Origin: Lingula anatina | Lineage: Eukaryota; Animalia; Brachiopoda | Length of the DNA: 64,000 nt | Reading direction: 5' to 3' | Assembly (NCBI GenBank): GCA_051362555.1 | Contig: CM120640.1 | Location: 6,386,001 to 6,450,000 of the forward strand | In this document: positions 34,501-49,072 of the stretch, in pieces | Position numbering within the stretch: the stretch's first letter is position 1 | Layout of the letters: every line of letters starts with the position of its first letter | Notes under the pieces: model-generated | What the model was told of the DNA's origin: nothing | What the model saw: only the letters and a program-made list of their open reading frames with translations | Databases searched by the model: none | Translations under genes and position numbers: made by a program

Positions 34501-37500
34501 ATATTATCTCCCTATAGTTTTTATTCAGTGCAAAACAAAAGAAATTATTTTGATTATTTATCTGCATTCTTTTGGGTTTTTTTTTCATCTTGTGTAAAAG
34601 TGCCCAGTTTGTTGTGTGCTCTTTGTTTTAGTATTGACCTCTGTTAATTCTCCAGTATTGTAGACTGCACTGGTGTTGATCCGGGTGAAGGGATCAATGA
34701 CAGAAGTCAATAGCATCAGGTCAAATAATGGCTCTTAATAGACTTTTCTGTCTTGATGAAAATGAAGAAAATTGAAAGCATCTTATTTTAGCTGTAATTC
34801 CAAGTTTGAAGTCTATGTTACTGTTCAAAGATGAAAAAGAAAGAGGAGGCAGTTCCGCAATCCATTATCAATAGATGTGGTGAAAAAATGGTCAATATAA
34901 ACAAGGCACTTGAAAAAGTGCCAATATCTATTAATCTTTTTATAATTCACACATAAATCAAAACATTCTTTTGTTAAGACTATACTAAAGTAGACTGAAT
35001 AATTTTGTAAAGAAAAGTTCTTGTTAAGATCAATAGGAGAAGTTATAAAAAAACTGAAAAACATTGGGAATCTTTCAATTTGTGTTCATGCACTAATGAA
35101 AGCATCATAATTCACTTTACTGGCACTTCATTTGTGGGAATTAATTAATTTCAATATTGTTATTACAAAGGAATAGCATAAATGGTTGAAGAATGAAATC
35201 TTTCCTTTTTATCTTTAATGCTTTGCATTTTTTGCATCCCCAAAGCAAAGCAAACCAGTGTACAGTTTTAATTATTGTTATTTAAGTTCATGGCTCTTGC
35301 TGTCAGACACAAATAGTAGATTACACGTCAATGTATTGCCTTCAATTAGACTAGGATCCTAGAATTAGATAAGATTTTGTAAGTGATTACTTCTGTGATT
35401 TAATCTTGCATCACCCAATGACGCACATGCTTCAGACAATTAAGCAGTTACTGTTAAAATGAAGAATTCTACCCATCTCTCTGCCTAATGTAGAGATCAT
35501 TGTAATCTCCTCTGAAATTAATTTATAAGAATTTCTGGACCTATTTGTGTAGAGGGTTTACTATTTGATTCTTAAGTCCAAATTTTTTAATCAATTCAAC
35601 AGAGAAAAAATAGATATTCAGACAATTTGGACACCTTATTGTACCTCATTAAAGAGGGCTCATAAAGCAAGGGGAGAAGGTAATCAAGTCTTTATACTTG
35701 GTTGTGAATTATGTCACAGTTGGCAATACATACCCTTGACTGTTCTTTATTGATTTTTTGTGTTTAATGAACCTAAGTTGTACTTGATCAGAAAGATTAT
35801 ATACATAGATATTATGTAATGGTAACTTTTTCATATATATATATTTCATATATGTGAAAATTCTACAGGTTTGACCATAATTTTTGTGATGCAAATATGT
35901 ATGTTACTGAAAACCATTAGTAATATATTCTAATAAAAAAAGCCCTTTTTCTTTTACATATTAGTTCAATTTTGGATAAACATGTAGCCAATAAAAACAG
36001 AATAATTATTGGTTGAAAATATCTTGTTATAACTTGAGTGCAACATTTCATTCAAGTGGAGGACTCCTGGGTATCTCGGGTCAAAGTAGACTAAAGTTTA
36101 GTCTAAAAGCTTAGACCAAGTTTCAGTCTAAAGCCATGTGCTCTGGTGACTTGACTCTCCCAAGAATTTCTCTTCTATCACATATGGCGACAGAACATCT
36201 GCAGGGACAGCTTGAAAATAATGGAAAAAACCTTTCTTTTTACAAAGTTAAATCTGCAGATATTTTTGATAAGAAGTAAAGAAATTAAAGTTTTATAAAT
36301 ATAAAACTGTTGAATTTAATCACTTTATGCATTTATAGAGATAGCCATTCCTCTTCCATGTTTATGCTTTTCTCATTACTGTTTGTCCAATCTACTTAAT
36401 TTTTTATGGATTTTGTACTTTGAATAAACAAATATTTTTTATAATCAGTGATCTTTTATAATTTGTATTTTATAATGGAGTGAAAGGTTATGCAAGTTGT
36501 CTGGACCCTAATCAATGGGAAAGTTGTAAAGTAATGCTAAAAGCATTTACGTGATAATTACTGTTCAATTACTGCAATTTGTAAATAGGCACAAATATTT
36601 ACCTGTGAAATCAATATATAAATTCATTTTGCCCATTTAATTAACTTTTCCTCACGTCGTTCACCTTTTCCTTACCTGTTGCAATTGTGTAAAGACCTCA
36701 GAGTGCAACACTATGAAAATTAAAAATTGATACCAATTAGAATTGGGTACATAATCAAATGACTTAACTTAGAGATCAATATGTCCAGTGCAGTGAAAGG
36801 TTCCAGTTATTTTTACCTTTATGCAAAGTTGTCTTGCGTCAAGGGCTGCGTGTATTGGTCATAATGACTCAACAGGTTGTTACCCAATGAAATTAATTCT
36901 CTTCCACCTCACTCTCTAGTTAATTATATAATTTTGACCAATACGCTTTTGTCTGACTAACCACCAATGGCAGTCCAGACTTTAAGTATCGGACTTGGTT
37001 GTGGACTTGTCACTTTAGATGTACGTGGCTTGGCGTGCAGTCAGAGTTTAGGGGAAACTACAGTAGCTGGAAAGGACTGTGTATTTTCAAACATTTAAGA
37101 ACAAGACAGGTTTTTTTAAACATTACAACAAGATAACTTAAGAGGTAGGTGTTAAAAAGCCTTTGAATGAAGGAAAGGAAGGTTGGAATTTTTCTTAATG
37201 TAGCCCTGTGGATGTTTATGAAACTGTGTGGTTTGCATGTTTTATATTTACTTTTTTCATTAGCAAAGCTGCATTGGCATTACTTGGAAAGTTTTCAATG
37301 GAACAGTGATTTCAAAGAGTAGATATATAAAATATATGCAGAAAAGCACAAAGGTTGAAAAAATTGAAGTCTTTTAGCAAAGCTGTGTTGACATTAGTTG
37401 AAAAGTTGTCAATGGAACACTGATTAGGAAGTGAATACATGAAATATTTTGCAGAAAAGCACAAGGATAAAAAAGTTTGAAACAGTTTTTTATTGCAGAA

Positions 37501-39130
37501 TTTTATAGATAAATACTGCAAAATATTTTTTCTTAGCAGCAACTGCAGTTTTTACATACATTTTTCTTTTTTTACAGAGGTTACTTTTTAGTTATGGACA
37601 TTTCATTTAAGGTCTTTTTAAATAATTTTTATATTTTGAAAGATTCTGTCAAAATTTTAATCCAAATTGTTTTACTTTACCAGGTATAAACCTGAACAGT
37701 ATTACTGTCTACAATACAATAGCAGATCCTAATATACAGGAGACTTTACTTCAGTATATACAGGAACAGGTGAGTGGCTGATTTTATGCTAATTTCAAGT
37801 AATATAAAAAAACAACACTTTAAGTTAAGGATTTGAGTAATTATCTGTGATATTGAACACGATAATTGAAATGATTTTTGTGTAAGAAGTAAAATATTTG
37901 CTAGATGTGATTGCAGTGTTCACTTTGCTTGATAACATATGAACTGTAAGGCATGGCCTAAATTTGGAGACCTAAACTGAAATTATTTAAACGTGAAATT
38001 TACTGTTTAAGTCATAACATAAATTTAACACAAATTATTAAAAAGCAAAAATAAATTTAAGAAAAAAAGAGAAAAAAATTGTAGCAGCACCAAGTAGAGA
38101 GGGTGAACTATTGATTGCCCCATGCTTTGTTTTTCTGCCTGATTTCCTGGCAGCATGGCCCAACACTACATCAATACAAAACGTGCAAAATGTCACATTT
38201 CTCTACTCTGCAGACCGTACTAGAGCTTGCTTGACTGATTTGATAAAATAATCTGAAAAACTTTGAATAAAACCTCCACAAAGCCTCTGTTTTGAGGGGG
38301 AGGTATAACTACAAAGTTATTTTTGCTTTTCTGTGAAGTGTAAACTGGGGAAAATGTTTTAAAGAGTGCATGGTTGATTTTGTTGAGATTTAGTTTGTGA
38401 CATTCTGTGGTGCTCTGAAGAAGCTGCCTGGTTAACATGGGGACGCACATGCAAAGTCCTATGGAATGTTGAAGCAAGCAGAATGCTGGTCAAAAAGTTC
38501 ACGAAAGATCAAAGAGTGCATCTCTTTTAAATCACCCCTAGGTTAAGAAAATACGTGCTTAATTTGAGCCTTCTCTTTCCCCCCCTCCCCTATTATTATC
38601 ATCATGGATGTCACCACCATAATTGAAAAAAAAAAATCAGTTTGTATTGCTGTGCGGTATTCAGGTCAAAGTATATCAACATCCTAAATATCTTCTGTCT
38701 GTACATTTTAACTTCCACCATACTAAGACACATGTGCCACTGTACCCAGTTTCTATACTGATAAAATAAAAGCCTCAGGGCCGAAACTATAATGAAATGT
38801 TCAATTCTGAATGGGTGAAATTTGCTAAGTAAACTTATGAACAGTAAAACAGATTCCATGGTCATGTCTTGGCTGAGAGATTACCATACAATCACAATAC
38901 ACAGGGTCAGTTGGGCACCGGAAGCCTTATGCCCGATCAACTCCGTGGAGTTATTTTTACATCGTGTATGGAAGATCAATGATTAGAAAAAACACTGAAG
39001 ATTTTTGAAGAATGAACTAGGTGTAACAGGAAATGGTATTAGGTTGAATTTTTTCCTCATGACTTTGCTTTTTAAAACAAAACAGAGCGCCTGTAATGGA
39101 AATACAATCCATCTAGTCAGGAAGTTTTGT

Positions 39131-39165
<35 letters not shown>

Positions 39166-42100
39166 TTGAAAATATTAATTTGGGATGTAGCAGTTATTTA
39201 CAAATAATTTTTCTTATTGACACATGATTTTCATGTTGTATGTTTTTACTTTTGTGAGGTACATACATTAGGATATATTTATTTGCTTATTTTTTATCAC
39301 ATTCACAAAAATAAGAAAATATAGATTTTCTCATAGGGATCATAGCTTTAGCATACCCCCCTTGGTGTTAGAATATTTTCTGACTTACTGACTCTCTATT
39401 GATCCTGCAGTCCCTCTCTCTGTACTACGGCATAGTTTGTGAGAATACCAACAGCTCCATGCATTCTCTGTGAATGAACAGTGGGGGAGGAAGCTGACTG
39501 AGATGTCAGACAGTGTCACTGTGCTCCACCCCATTCCTTGGTACTGTAAAGTGAAAATCCACTATCTTAAACCTCTGTAAGTCACTATTGATTTCCTTGA
39601 GACCTCTCTTTGACACTAAAATATATAAGGTTAATTAGTATATAGCTGAAACGGTGAAATTCTTCCAGCTTTTTTACCGACCCACCTCCTGCTATGAAGC
39701 GCTGTGTTTGAACTGTTTCCGCTTGGTTTTGCATGGATGATAGTTAGACAACGTGTATTGGAGAGAGAGGCTATACTATTGATTGCTTTTCGATAATTAT
39801 GATTGCACATCTTTTCCAAAATTACAACCATGCCAATTGCAATTTGAAATAAATGATTGAATATGCATAAAAATCTACACAATTGAGATGCTCCTTTAGT
39901 CATCATTTCCATGTCTTTATTTACAAGGGACAGAATAAAACTCAGCAGTATTAAATGATAAACAAGTCAAGATTTTAAAATTGCTTAAAACAAAGAAATA
40001 ATTCCTTTATTGATTCTTCCTTTTGTGATGCAATATCTATATGTAACAGTGGTTTTAACACCTGGTCAGCGAGGGGTGTGAAATGTGTGACCTAACAGAC
40101 AGACCCACACTGGACAGACCTACAGCAAAGGGCCAGTTGGTCAGTTTACCCCCACTTGCCTGGGGAAACCTATAAAGCAAAAAGCAATAAAAGTAAAGAA
40201 TCAGATTTAATGGAAGCCATAGGCCCTGAAAGCAGCAGATGGAGTGAGGGACATACGTGAGCGGACTTACATGATGATTGTCTGCTCAGCAACATTTGTA
40301 TTAGAAATTTATTTTTAAAGAAATATTTTCAAATATTCCCCTATTTTTTTTTTTTTTTTAAATGAATGACATGGATTACATATCTTCATTTTCCATGCAG
40401 AGTACATACAAGTCAGTTATTGTAGAAAGTTTATTTTACAGGGTGAGCCAGGATTTCTAGTGTTTTACAGTCCTTCAGGAGTGCAGTTTGTGGATCCAGT
40501 TTTGAAGGATATCAATTTTGATTCCACTACAACAAAAGTGAGTTGATTATATTGATCTCTGTTTGTAAACATTGTTATAGAAGTGCAAAATGTTGTTAAC
40601 TTTGAATTTTAGTTTCATTTTACACTACTGCTTCTCCCAGAGTCAAACATTTTTTAGTAAATATTTTTTCTTATCACATTGTAGAAGTGATATTCCTGTT
40701 AGATACCTATTCTGTAACTATTTCTTTGCTATTCATTTCATGTGTTGTCACTAGATGGCAACAGCAGTGCTGTTGGCAGCTAGAGCATCTTTTTTATGCG
40801 CCAATTTTCAAAGTTTACAAACTCTCAAACTCTGACAGAAAGGACAACAAGAATCTATTGAGTATATTTAAGGTGGCTGGGATGTATTAGGCAGACCTCT
40901 GTTCTTCATGAAACGTGTCTGCCAGAAAGAGATGTAAATCATAAAAAGAACAAATTGGCTCAATTGATTGTTCTTGAGGAGTTAGAGTACAGACAAAAAG
41001 CGAGCTGTCAATTCATGAGTGAACTATTAAGATTACATGAGTATGGTGGTGTGCAGGGATTGACTCATGGCCACTAAAAGTGAGATGGCACAGATTATCA
41101 GTAATTGTTCTGCACGATTTACACCAATTTGGTCCAGTGCCTCCAGCTTGTGCTCTTTAACAGGGCAGCAGGAGTACCTGCAGAGAAAATGGATCACAAA
41201 GCCATGCTCCTTGACAAAGAAAAACCTTTTTTCATTTAAACCATACCTATCGCAATGTGAAGCAGCTCTAAATAGCTGCTGAAAACAAAACCAATTAAAT
41301 TTTCCAATCACAGGTTCACTAGGGTTTCTGGTAGCAGGTTTATTTTAGGACTTAAGTGGGAATCGAAATGTAAAAATGGCATCACATTTTTTGCTGCTTT
41401 CCTAATTCAAGGTCTATGTTTCAAGTTGGTCAATTGGGCAGGGCAATGGAGAAATGAATAATCCAAACTGAGTCATTTTTTTCACCTGCTAAGTGCAATA
41501 CAAGCAAAGCAAGTTTTTCTGGTCTCTGTTGACTTGTGCCACTTTACACGACAAGAAACATAATCTCAGACACCTACCAGGGTAACTTGATTGGTAAAGA
41601 AAGCAGCTAGCGCAACAGGTAGGGACAGGTCTCCATGTTTACAGAGTGTGCTGCAACTTTTTCCATAGGTGGATACGTAAACAGTGATGAGAATATGTGA
41701 ATTTGAAGAGTTGTTGGTTCTAAATTGAATGGTCATTGTCTAACAACATGATAACTTAGTTACCACAGAGAATGAGAGTGAATGAGCAAGAGTTTAGATA
41801 TGTGTATGACCTCTATAAAATGGTTCCAGTTCTGGACAAACTTGCAGCAAAGAGGCCAAATAACCATTTAAGTAACACACTTTTTTAATAATTGTTAAGA
41901 ATTGAACGATTGTATTTGTTATCTTAAAACAATAAACAATCACTTTTTTCTGCAATTAAGCTAAGTGATCAGTATTCACCTACTTATGTGTTTGGTAAAT
42001 CCACAAAGTGAGAACTGTCGGCTCTCTGCCTTGTTTTGTTTCCGTGACCTCCAGAGAAGACCTTCTGATTGGTGCCAGAGCTGCGGCACATGGTCCCCCT

Positions 42101-45100
42101 GCTCTGTACTCAGGCAGTCCCATAGCGGAGTGTTACGGTGCCCTATCATAACATCCTGCTAGCTAAAATTATAACAAACTTGCCAGTAGGCTCCAGAACT
42201 ATTTTTGCATCTTCCAAATTTTTTTTCCACTTGGTTGTGTAATATAGTTAGTAACAGAGAAGAATGATTACAATTTGAGCTTTGTTGCATGTCATGCTGG
42301 AGGGGTAGAATACATTAGTTGACTTTTTTCTTGAAGTTATTTCAATTTCTGAAACTATTTTTGAATTTGTCAGAGTGTGCAGGAATGAGTTGGTTGTGAT
42401 ACGTGGAATTAGTGCTTCTCACCTTTTTAACATTCTCCAAATTTTTCACACATCTTGTCACAGAATCTAAATCTGAATTGTTTATTTTATATATTATTTT
42501 CTCAAATCTGCTGGCATTTATTCTGTTGTCTAAAGCTGAAGAACATTTAAAGCACATTATAGTACTACATATAGTTTTACCGAAAGCGGCATTAGTTGTA
42601 TCAAATATTCACCTATTTACACATGTTGACACTCATTTATTGAAATAGTAACAGGGCTAAGTGGCTTTAACCTTTCAATTAACAAGATATCACACTCCCC
42701 TTGGAGGCAGTCTTGTTTTATTTTTAAAAGCCGACCTCTTCTTCAAGAGCATGCCCATGTTAAATTTTTGGTGAAATTCCTGCAGAGTGTGTGGCAAGGT
42801 CTTTTGTGTTCTGGCACAGGGTTATGAAGGTGCTTTCTTAGGAAAAAATTTGAAATTAAGATTTTGAGACTTAATTAATTTAGAGATCTGCAAAAGGAAA
42901 ATAAAGAAATGAAGATGAATTTCCAGCTAGTTTTCTCCACCTGCTCTCCAGACTGTGCCAGTCACATTGGGAGTCTTATAAACCAGTCAACTGCAGACAT
43001 TTTAGATTTATCTTCGTCAGTTTTTCTGTAACCCATTACACATTCTTACAAGCTATGTTTTTGTAAAAATTGCCGTTTACATTGTTTTCTGCTTGTTGTT
43101 TGGCCAAACAGTGTGGCCCACACATACTCCAGCCCTGGAAACCCATGTGTCAGAGGAACAGCTGCCCACATCTTTTGTCACTTCCAGTGGTCTTTAAGAC
43201 ACTTTACTGATAGTTTTTTCCCACAATGGGATTCAAAACAATGAGGAATTCCACTTTTTTCCTTTTAATTTTTTCATGTTTTGTTTTTAAGGACAGAAGG
43301 GTAGAATGTGTCTTTGTCTCAATGTTTTTTTTTATGGTGTGTGTGTGTTTGTATTTGTCATTTTTTTATCCTGGTATTTATGAGATGGCATCTGTACTAG
43401 TTATGCATTGCCCTTATAAATCTATCAATTTGTTAATGTCGATAGTTATTTTTGTTTAAATTTTTTTTAACAATTGAAGCTTACTGTTGAATGTTTATTT
43501 GTATTTTATTGTTAAATATTGACAATATTTATTGTTAATATTCAAAGATATTTGTATCTTGATAATTTTATGTTCCCCAAAAAATTAAACACTTTTCCAG
43601 CACATGTAGATGAATGCATAAATTTATTTTTATATCTACATAAATATAGATATTTATATCCCAAGAAATAGTAGTAAATGCTTTCTAACTATCCAGAAGA
43701 ATGTGAGAATTGTCTTGTCTGTCAGTGGCCTGTCACTCTCGTATGTCTGCAGCCTACCTGGCTCCCAGGCCCAGTAATGTGAAGGTAAAGGACTAACAAG
43801 CCCACCTGTACCAGTCTGTTACCAGTTGTTTACATGAAACCATTCCTCTTGTTGTTCTCACCACTACCTTATGGGGTCAGCTTGAAAGCTTTGTAGCAAG
43901 AACCAAGTCAGATTTCAAAGTGGTTTTGACCTGGCTAGAATGCTTGTACAACATGGAATACATGCGTTTGATGAGCTAGACTTCAGTTTAGTTAGATGTG
44001 AAAGAGTCTCAACACTTGGTGTCTTGTTATTGCTTCCAGCGCTTTTTCTCAGGACAAGTTTGAGAAGGCTAGAATGGAAAGATCAATGGTGGAACAAAAT
44101 GTGATATACCAATTCTGTTTAAGGGCTTTGATGAATGTAAGGAGGATTTATTGTATATATGTGGGAAACTGTTTGATATTGCAAATACAGTGAATTGTTT
44201 TTTTTTTTTTTTTTTTTTTTTCACAAAAAAATACAAATGCATTCATGTTACATGCCCTCTTTTTTCTTACTAGAAGACCATTGCCTTAGGGATATCCATG
44301 ATATCTTTATCTACATGTCATGCACTTGTAGCCCCCGCCTCCAATTTCTGTACCTTCTGGCTCCATGAAACATCTAACAGTCAAATAGTCGGCATGTCAG
44401 AAAATTTCTGGCACTTTCCATGGGCGTGGGACTCCTCCAACTCACACTTCACTTACATGCATACTTTTCTTCTGTACCTTATAAGTATAGAATCTTAATT
44501 TAAAAGATGGCCAAATGTTAAATAATAACCAATGATATATATAGAAGATGAAATATAAAAAATGTGAGCTTATTTTCTAAGATTTCACATTCATGCAACA
44601 TATACTCCCATAAAATCTTTGCCTTGCCATATGTTCTGCCTGCTTTTTGGGACTTACTTCAATAGATTTATAAAAAAAAAACAGGAATAAAGAAAAGTAA
44701 ATAAGCAACCAAACTGTGCATTCATCCCAACAAATTCCTAACAAAATGCATTTTTTACACGCCAAGTGCACAGTAGGTGCCATGTCACGATGATGTCACA
44801 ATTGAAAGAAATCAATAAGTTGACGTCACCAAATTCAATATATCAATAGGACGGGATGATTGATAGCTGGTCTGATTGGTCCCCTGTACCAGGGCGTGTG
44901 TGGCACAGCTCTCCCCACATCAAAGGTTAGGGGAGACCCAGTACACTTTCATCCACCAGCCACAGTTGCACCCATCCTTCAAATGCAACAAAATTTATTT
45001 CTTTAATTATTCCAGTTGGAAAAGTGTGTGTCACATCAGTGTAGGTTTCTCACAGGGGGGAACTTCTGTCTGCATGGTCGTTCATGGGAATAGGATTGAT

Positions 45101-48100
45101 TTTATAGTTTTTTTTTTCTCCTTTTTTTTCTTTGCTTGCTTGCTTGCTTACTTGTTTACTGAAATGAAAAAAAGTAGTAAAGTCATTTTATTTAGTAGTA
45201 GACTAAATCATTGAATCAGATTGAATCAGGTTTTGGATTTTACATGAAAATGTTTCTTTTTCCCTGTAATGGCACTGGTAATTTGCACGCACGTATGCAC
45301 ACACACACACACACACACAAACACACACAGACACAGGCACACTCAGTTATCTGCCGGACCTACATTTATGAATGAGTTTAGAGAAACCTCATAACTGTGT
45401 GAACTAACACTGAACCTGTGAGGTTGTGTCGACATCAATTTTCTACTCTGAGATTTTGTCAGCCTGAAGTGTTATGCATTTATGATCCCTGATAGGCAAA
45501 AAATCTCAGCCAGAGATAAAGTTTCAGTGTGACGAGGCTGGTTGCAGCACTTCCTGATGCCATTTTTTGGACAAAATCTTCAGCATTATAACCAATTGTC
45601 CAGTGACTGCTACAATTCCGGAATAACCATTTTTGGGCACTTGGACATGCATAATTATTATGCAAAATGCTTTTACTAGGCTGGCTGCTAGCTGTGGAAG
45701 TGCTTTTGGAAGAACATTGAAAATTCGTAATTTTTTTTTTCAACTCATTATTAACTACAGCAAGTCTTCTTTAATTTTAAGAGATCATTTCCTTGAATCA
45801 GATTTATGTAAACCCTATTTTTATGCCAGTAAGTGAGTTTTTCCTTAATCTCTTTCAAGTGTTGCATCAAACACACAAAAAAATGTTTTTAAAAAATCTA
45901 AAAAATTCTTAAAAATTAGCATGAATCATTTTAAGGGTTCAAGAAAACGGTTGGAAATTTTATCAATATCACATTTTTGTTTTACTCTTAATCAATCACA
46001 TAAGTTAAAGATCATGATCATAACTTTCTCTTTACAAATTATCTTAACTGTTGTGCCAGAAATGCAGAATCAAATTTGTAAACTGTATTGGTATGCAGGC
46101 TGACCCAAAACTTTAAGACATGATGTATGTTTATTCCTCTTTAGACTGATATCTGACAAAAAGAGATGTAGCTGATGAAGAATTGGGGTAATTGGTACCG
46201 ACTAGACAGATACAGTCTTCATTCCAGAAAATGGGTTTTTAGTTTACAAATTTACGCAAAAAGAGAGTAACTAGGTGATGGGAGCTTGTCAGTTCTCTCC
46301 GTTTAGTGTAATGATAAAATGGAAAAATGTTGTTTGTTAATAAAAAGTTTTATTTGGTAAATTGATGTGCATATTTTCAGTCTGGAAGACTTGGGGAGAG
46401 GGATAGGTTGCACTTGTTGGTATTCAAGGAGAACATTTTCTGTGGGAAAAGGTCACTGACTGACTATAATGTAAGGGACAGCCTGAGAGGGGTAATACTG
46501 CCATCATTGCTGCAATTCAAATCCTAGTAAATAAAACACTGTGTTGTGTTTGCAGACACGCATGTAGTTGCTGGAGTTTACATGTACTTAGACATGAAAT
46601 AAAAAAAATTGGGGTACGTATACTTTGTCAGTTTTGTTTTTGGCAACTAAAATAAAACATGAAATCATCCTGAGGATTTTTTTCTCATGGACATTGAGTG
46701 CACATTCTAATAAAAAGTGTGTAAGAGCATAACCTTATAACAATATATTGTTTCATTCTGGTATTCCATGCACATAAAATATTGAAACAAACAATGTGGG
46801 ATGTCAGAATAAGTATGATACATATTAAGTAGATTTATTGAAAATTCTACCAATGTCTCTGCAAACTTCCAGTCCTGGTTCTTATCCATTATGCACAAAT
46901 TTACCCAAAAGTCCATCTACAAGCAATTATCATGTCCAGGATTCTGCACTAGGGTATCATAAAGACCAACCCCTGCCCCCCAAGATGGCCCCCACTCTAT
47001 CTCTGACACCTTTTTCCCAGACAACTGGGCAAGCTGTAGGTACATAACCTTGAAAGGTCTTCTGTATGTGTCTTGCTGTTCACCTGTAGAAGGAACACAT
47101 GTTCTTACTTAGCGCCTGTCCCCTAGTTCAGATACCAGATAGGCCAATGTGTCTGGGATTATTAGGCACATCTTCAAGTCACCCACTGCTTAACATTACC
47201 ATACCTAGCGTTCTAGGGTGAAAGGCTTGCGTCCTCAATATAGTTTTAAAAAACATATTTTTTACACGAGAAAGAATTTCCTTGAAAAGTTCACAAGCAG
47301 ATAAAGTTGAGCACCTGGTTCCAGTGCAAGCACACCTTGTGTAACAAGTTTGTTTGCATTAAAGAACATTTGAGCTACGTTGCTACAGCAACCATACATT
47401 ATTGCGCACTAGTTGATTTATAATTACTAACCTTGAAAAGAAAAAAAAAAGTTGGCAGAGTTAGGATTTACGAAGGGAGGAAGAGCAGTATTTTTTCAAG
47501 GAGTTTGTAAACAGCAGGTAAGCTTCGCAAGATTTTATCATCTCTTTAACCTTGGAGATTTTATTTTTTATTAAAGAAAATGTGGTTCTCAGAGTTTTCC
47601 CCAGCCAGCATTGTCCTGCCTATGTGCACATTGAGTTTGACACTTCCCCATGACCTGTTTCCCCTTCAGAAACAAGTCTTTATTTTCTGAGTCAAATTTG
47701 TTCAAGGCAGATGTCTTGGTAGACAAACTAAGCATGATAAATCAAACAGCAGAAAAACAATACTAATTTAATTATGTTCAGCTTTTTCCATGGTCTAATT
47801 AAGTGGTAAACTTGCTGATGCTTGAGGGGCTCGGGCATTGCCTTTTACTTTCTTGCACTGCTTGACTTTTTCCCTGTGTAAACCACATTGGCGTCTTGCT
47901 GTAAAACACAATGGCACAATGTTGTCTCATTCTCAAGCAGAAAGCAGTTTTCTGCCCACAAGAGGTGGACTTTGATGTGTGTAAACAAGGAGGCCGTGAC
48001 ACGGAGACTGCTCATCCTTTTGTGAACATGCCTCTTGTCTTGTACCAAAGGACCAGACATGCGTGTCATTTCCTGCTGGCTTTTTTATCACTGGCTGATT

Positions 48101-49036
48101 GATATCTTAAGAGTAGTTGTACATGTGGCTTTTTTTGTATCGTGACTGTCTGTTTGCCAGATTTGTTTCTCAATTACTACACGTTTCACTTGTATTCAAT
48201 CTATTCCTGTTGCCCAATTAAAGTTATGTTTTGAAAGGTTTATTCTGCTTGATTAAGCTGTGATGTTTGAATTAACAATAAGAATCTCCTCAATGACTGA
48301 GATAATGAACAGCAATTAATTAATTTAATTGATTTTTTATCTATTGAGTTATTTTGAGATCTTCCTACACAACCATCAAACTAAAAGCAGAATCAATGGG
48401 CTATTGTTAGAAGGGCAGGTCAGAAATCTGATGTTTGTTTTGTTATTTTAGTATGATCTTGAAATGTTATAGGAGCTTAATTTTATTCCCATGGTATTTG
48501 CATTTTATGATCCTGGCCACAGAATTCGACATGAAGTACACACTCCGCGAGGGAGGAGGCTTAAATAGAGGAAAAATGACTGAACTAGCGAATCACTAGC
48601 ACAAATAAAAATCATTCATGCAACTATTGACTTACACTGAGATCTCACAGTTTTAGTAATACAAAAAGTCAACAGTTATTGTAGTAAGAGGGATTTAAAA
48701 CACAGGCTTCTGCACACTTTGAAACAAGAGCCATGGTCTTGTGTAGGGACAATTGACAGTCACATAAAAGCCAAAATCTCATACCTACGCATTGTTTGTG
48801 TGACAGCAAGACTGACTGCTGTATTTGACAGAACTGACAACACTTTGAAAAGAGATTAAAAAACAATTACATATTATATGGAATATTAAAGCAAAAACTA
48901 GACAGTTTGATATTTTGAGGTAGGAGGTAAACGCACATCTAGGTAAGTTTATCTTGTCAGCTGCCTTCTTCATAAAAGAGCAATATTAAGTGGCACGTTA
49001 TCTAAAAATAAATATGATAGATTAGAAACAGACCCC

Positions 49037-49072
<36 letters not shown>

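Noticed and set aside
38900-38947. Small hairpin (18-bp stem, 12-nt loop) as a possible pre-miRNA
   Set aside because: Three mismatches and three G-U pairs, stem too short, no recognisable mature sequence.
45268-45289. AATGGCACTGGTA resembles the 5' end of miR-183/263
   Set aside because: Match breaks after 13 nt and there is no complementary arm; a CA microsatellite follows.
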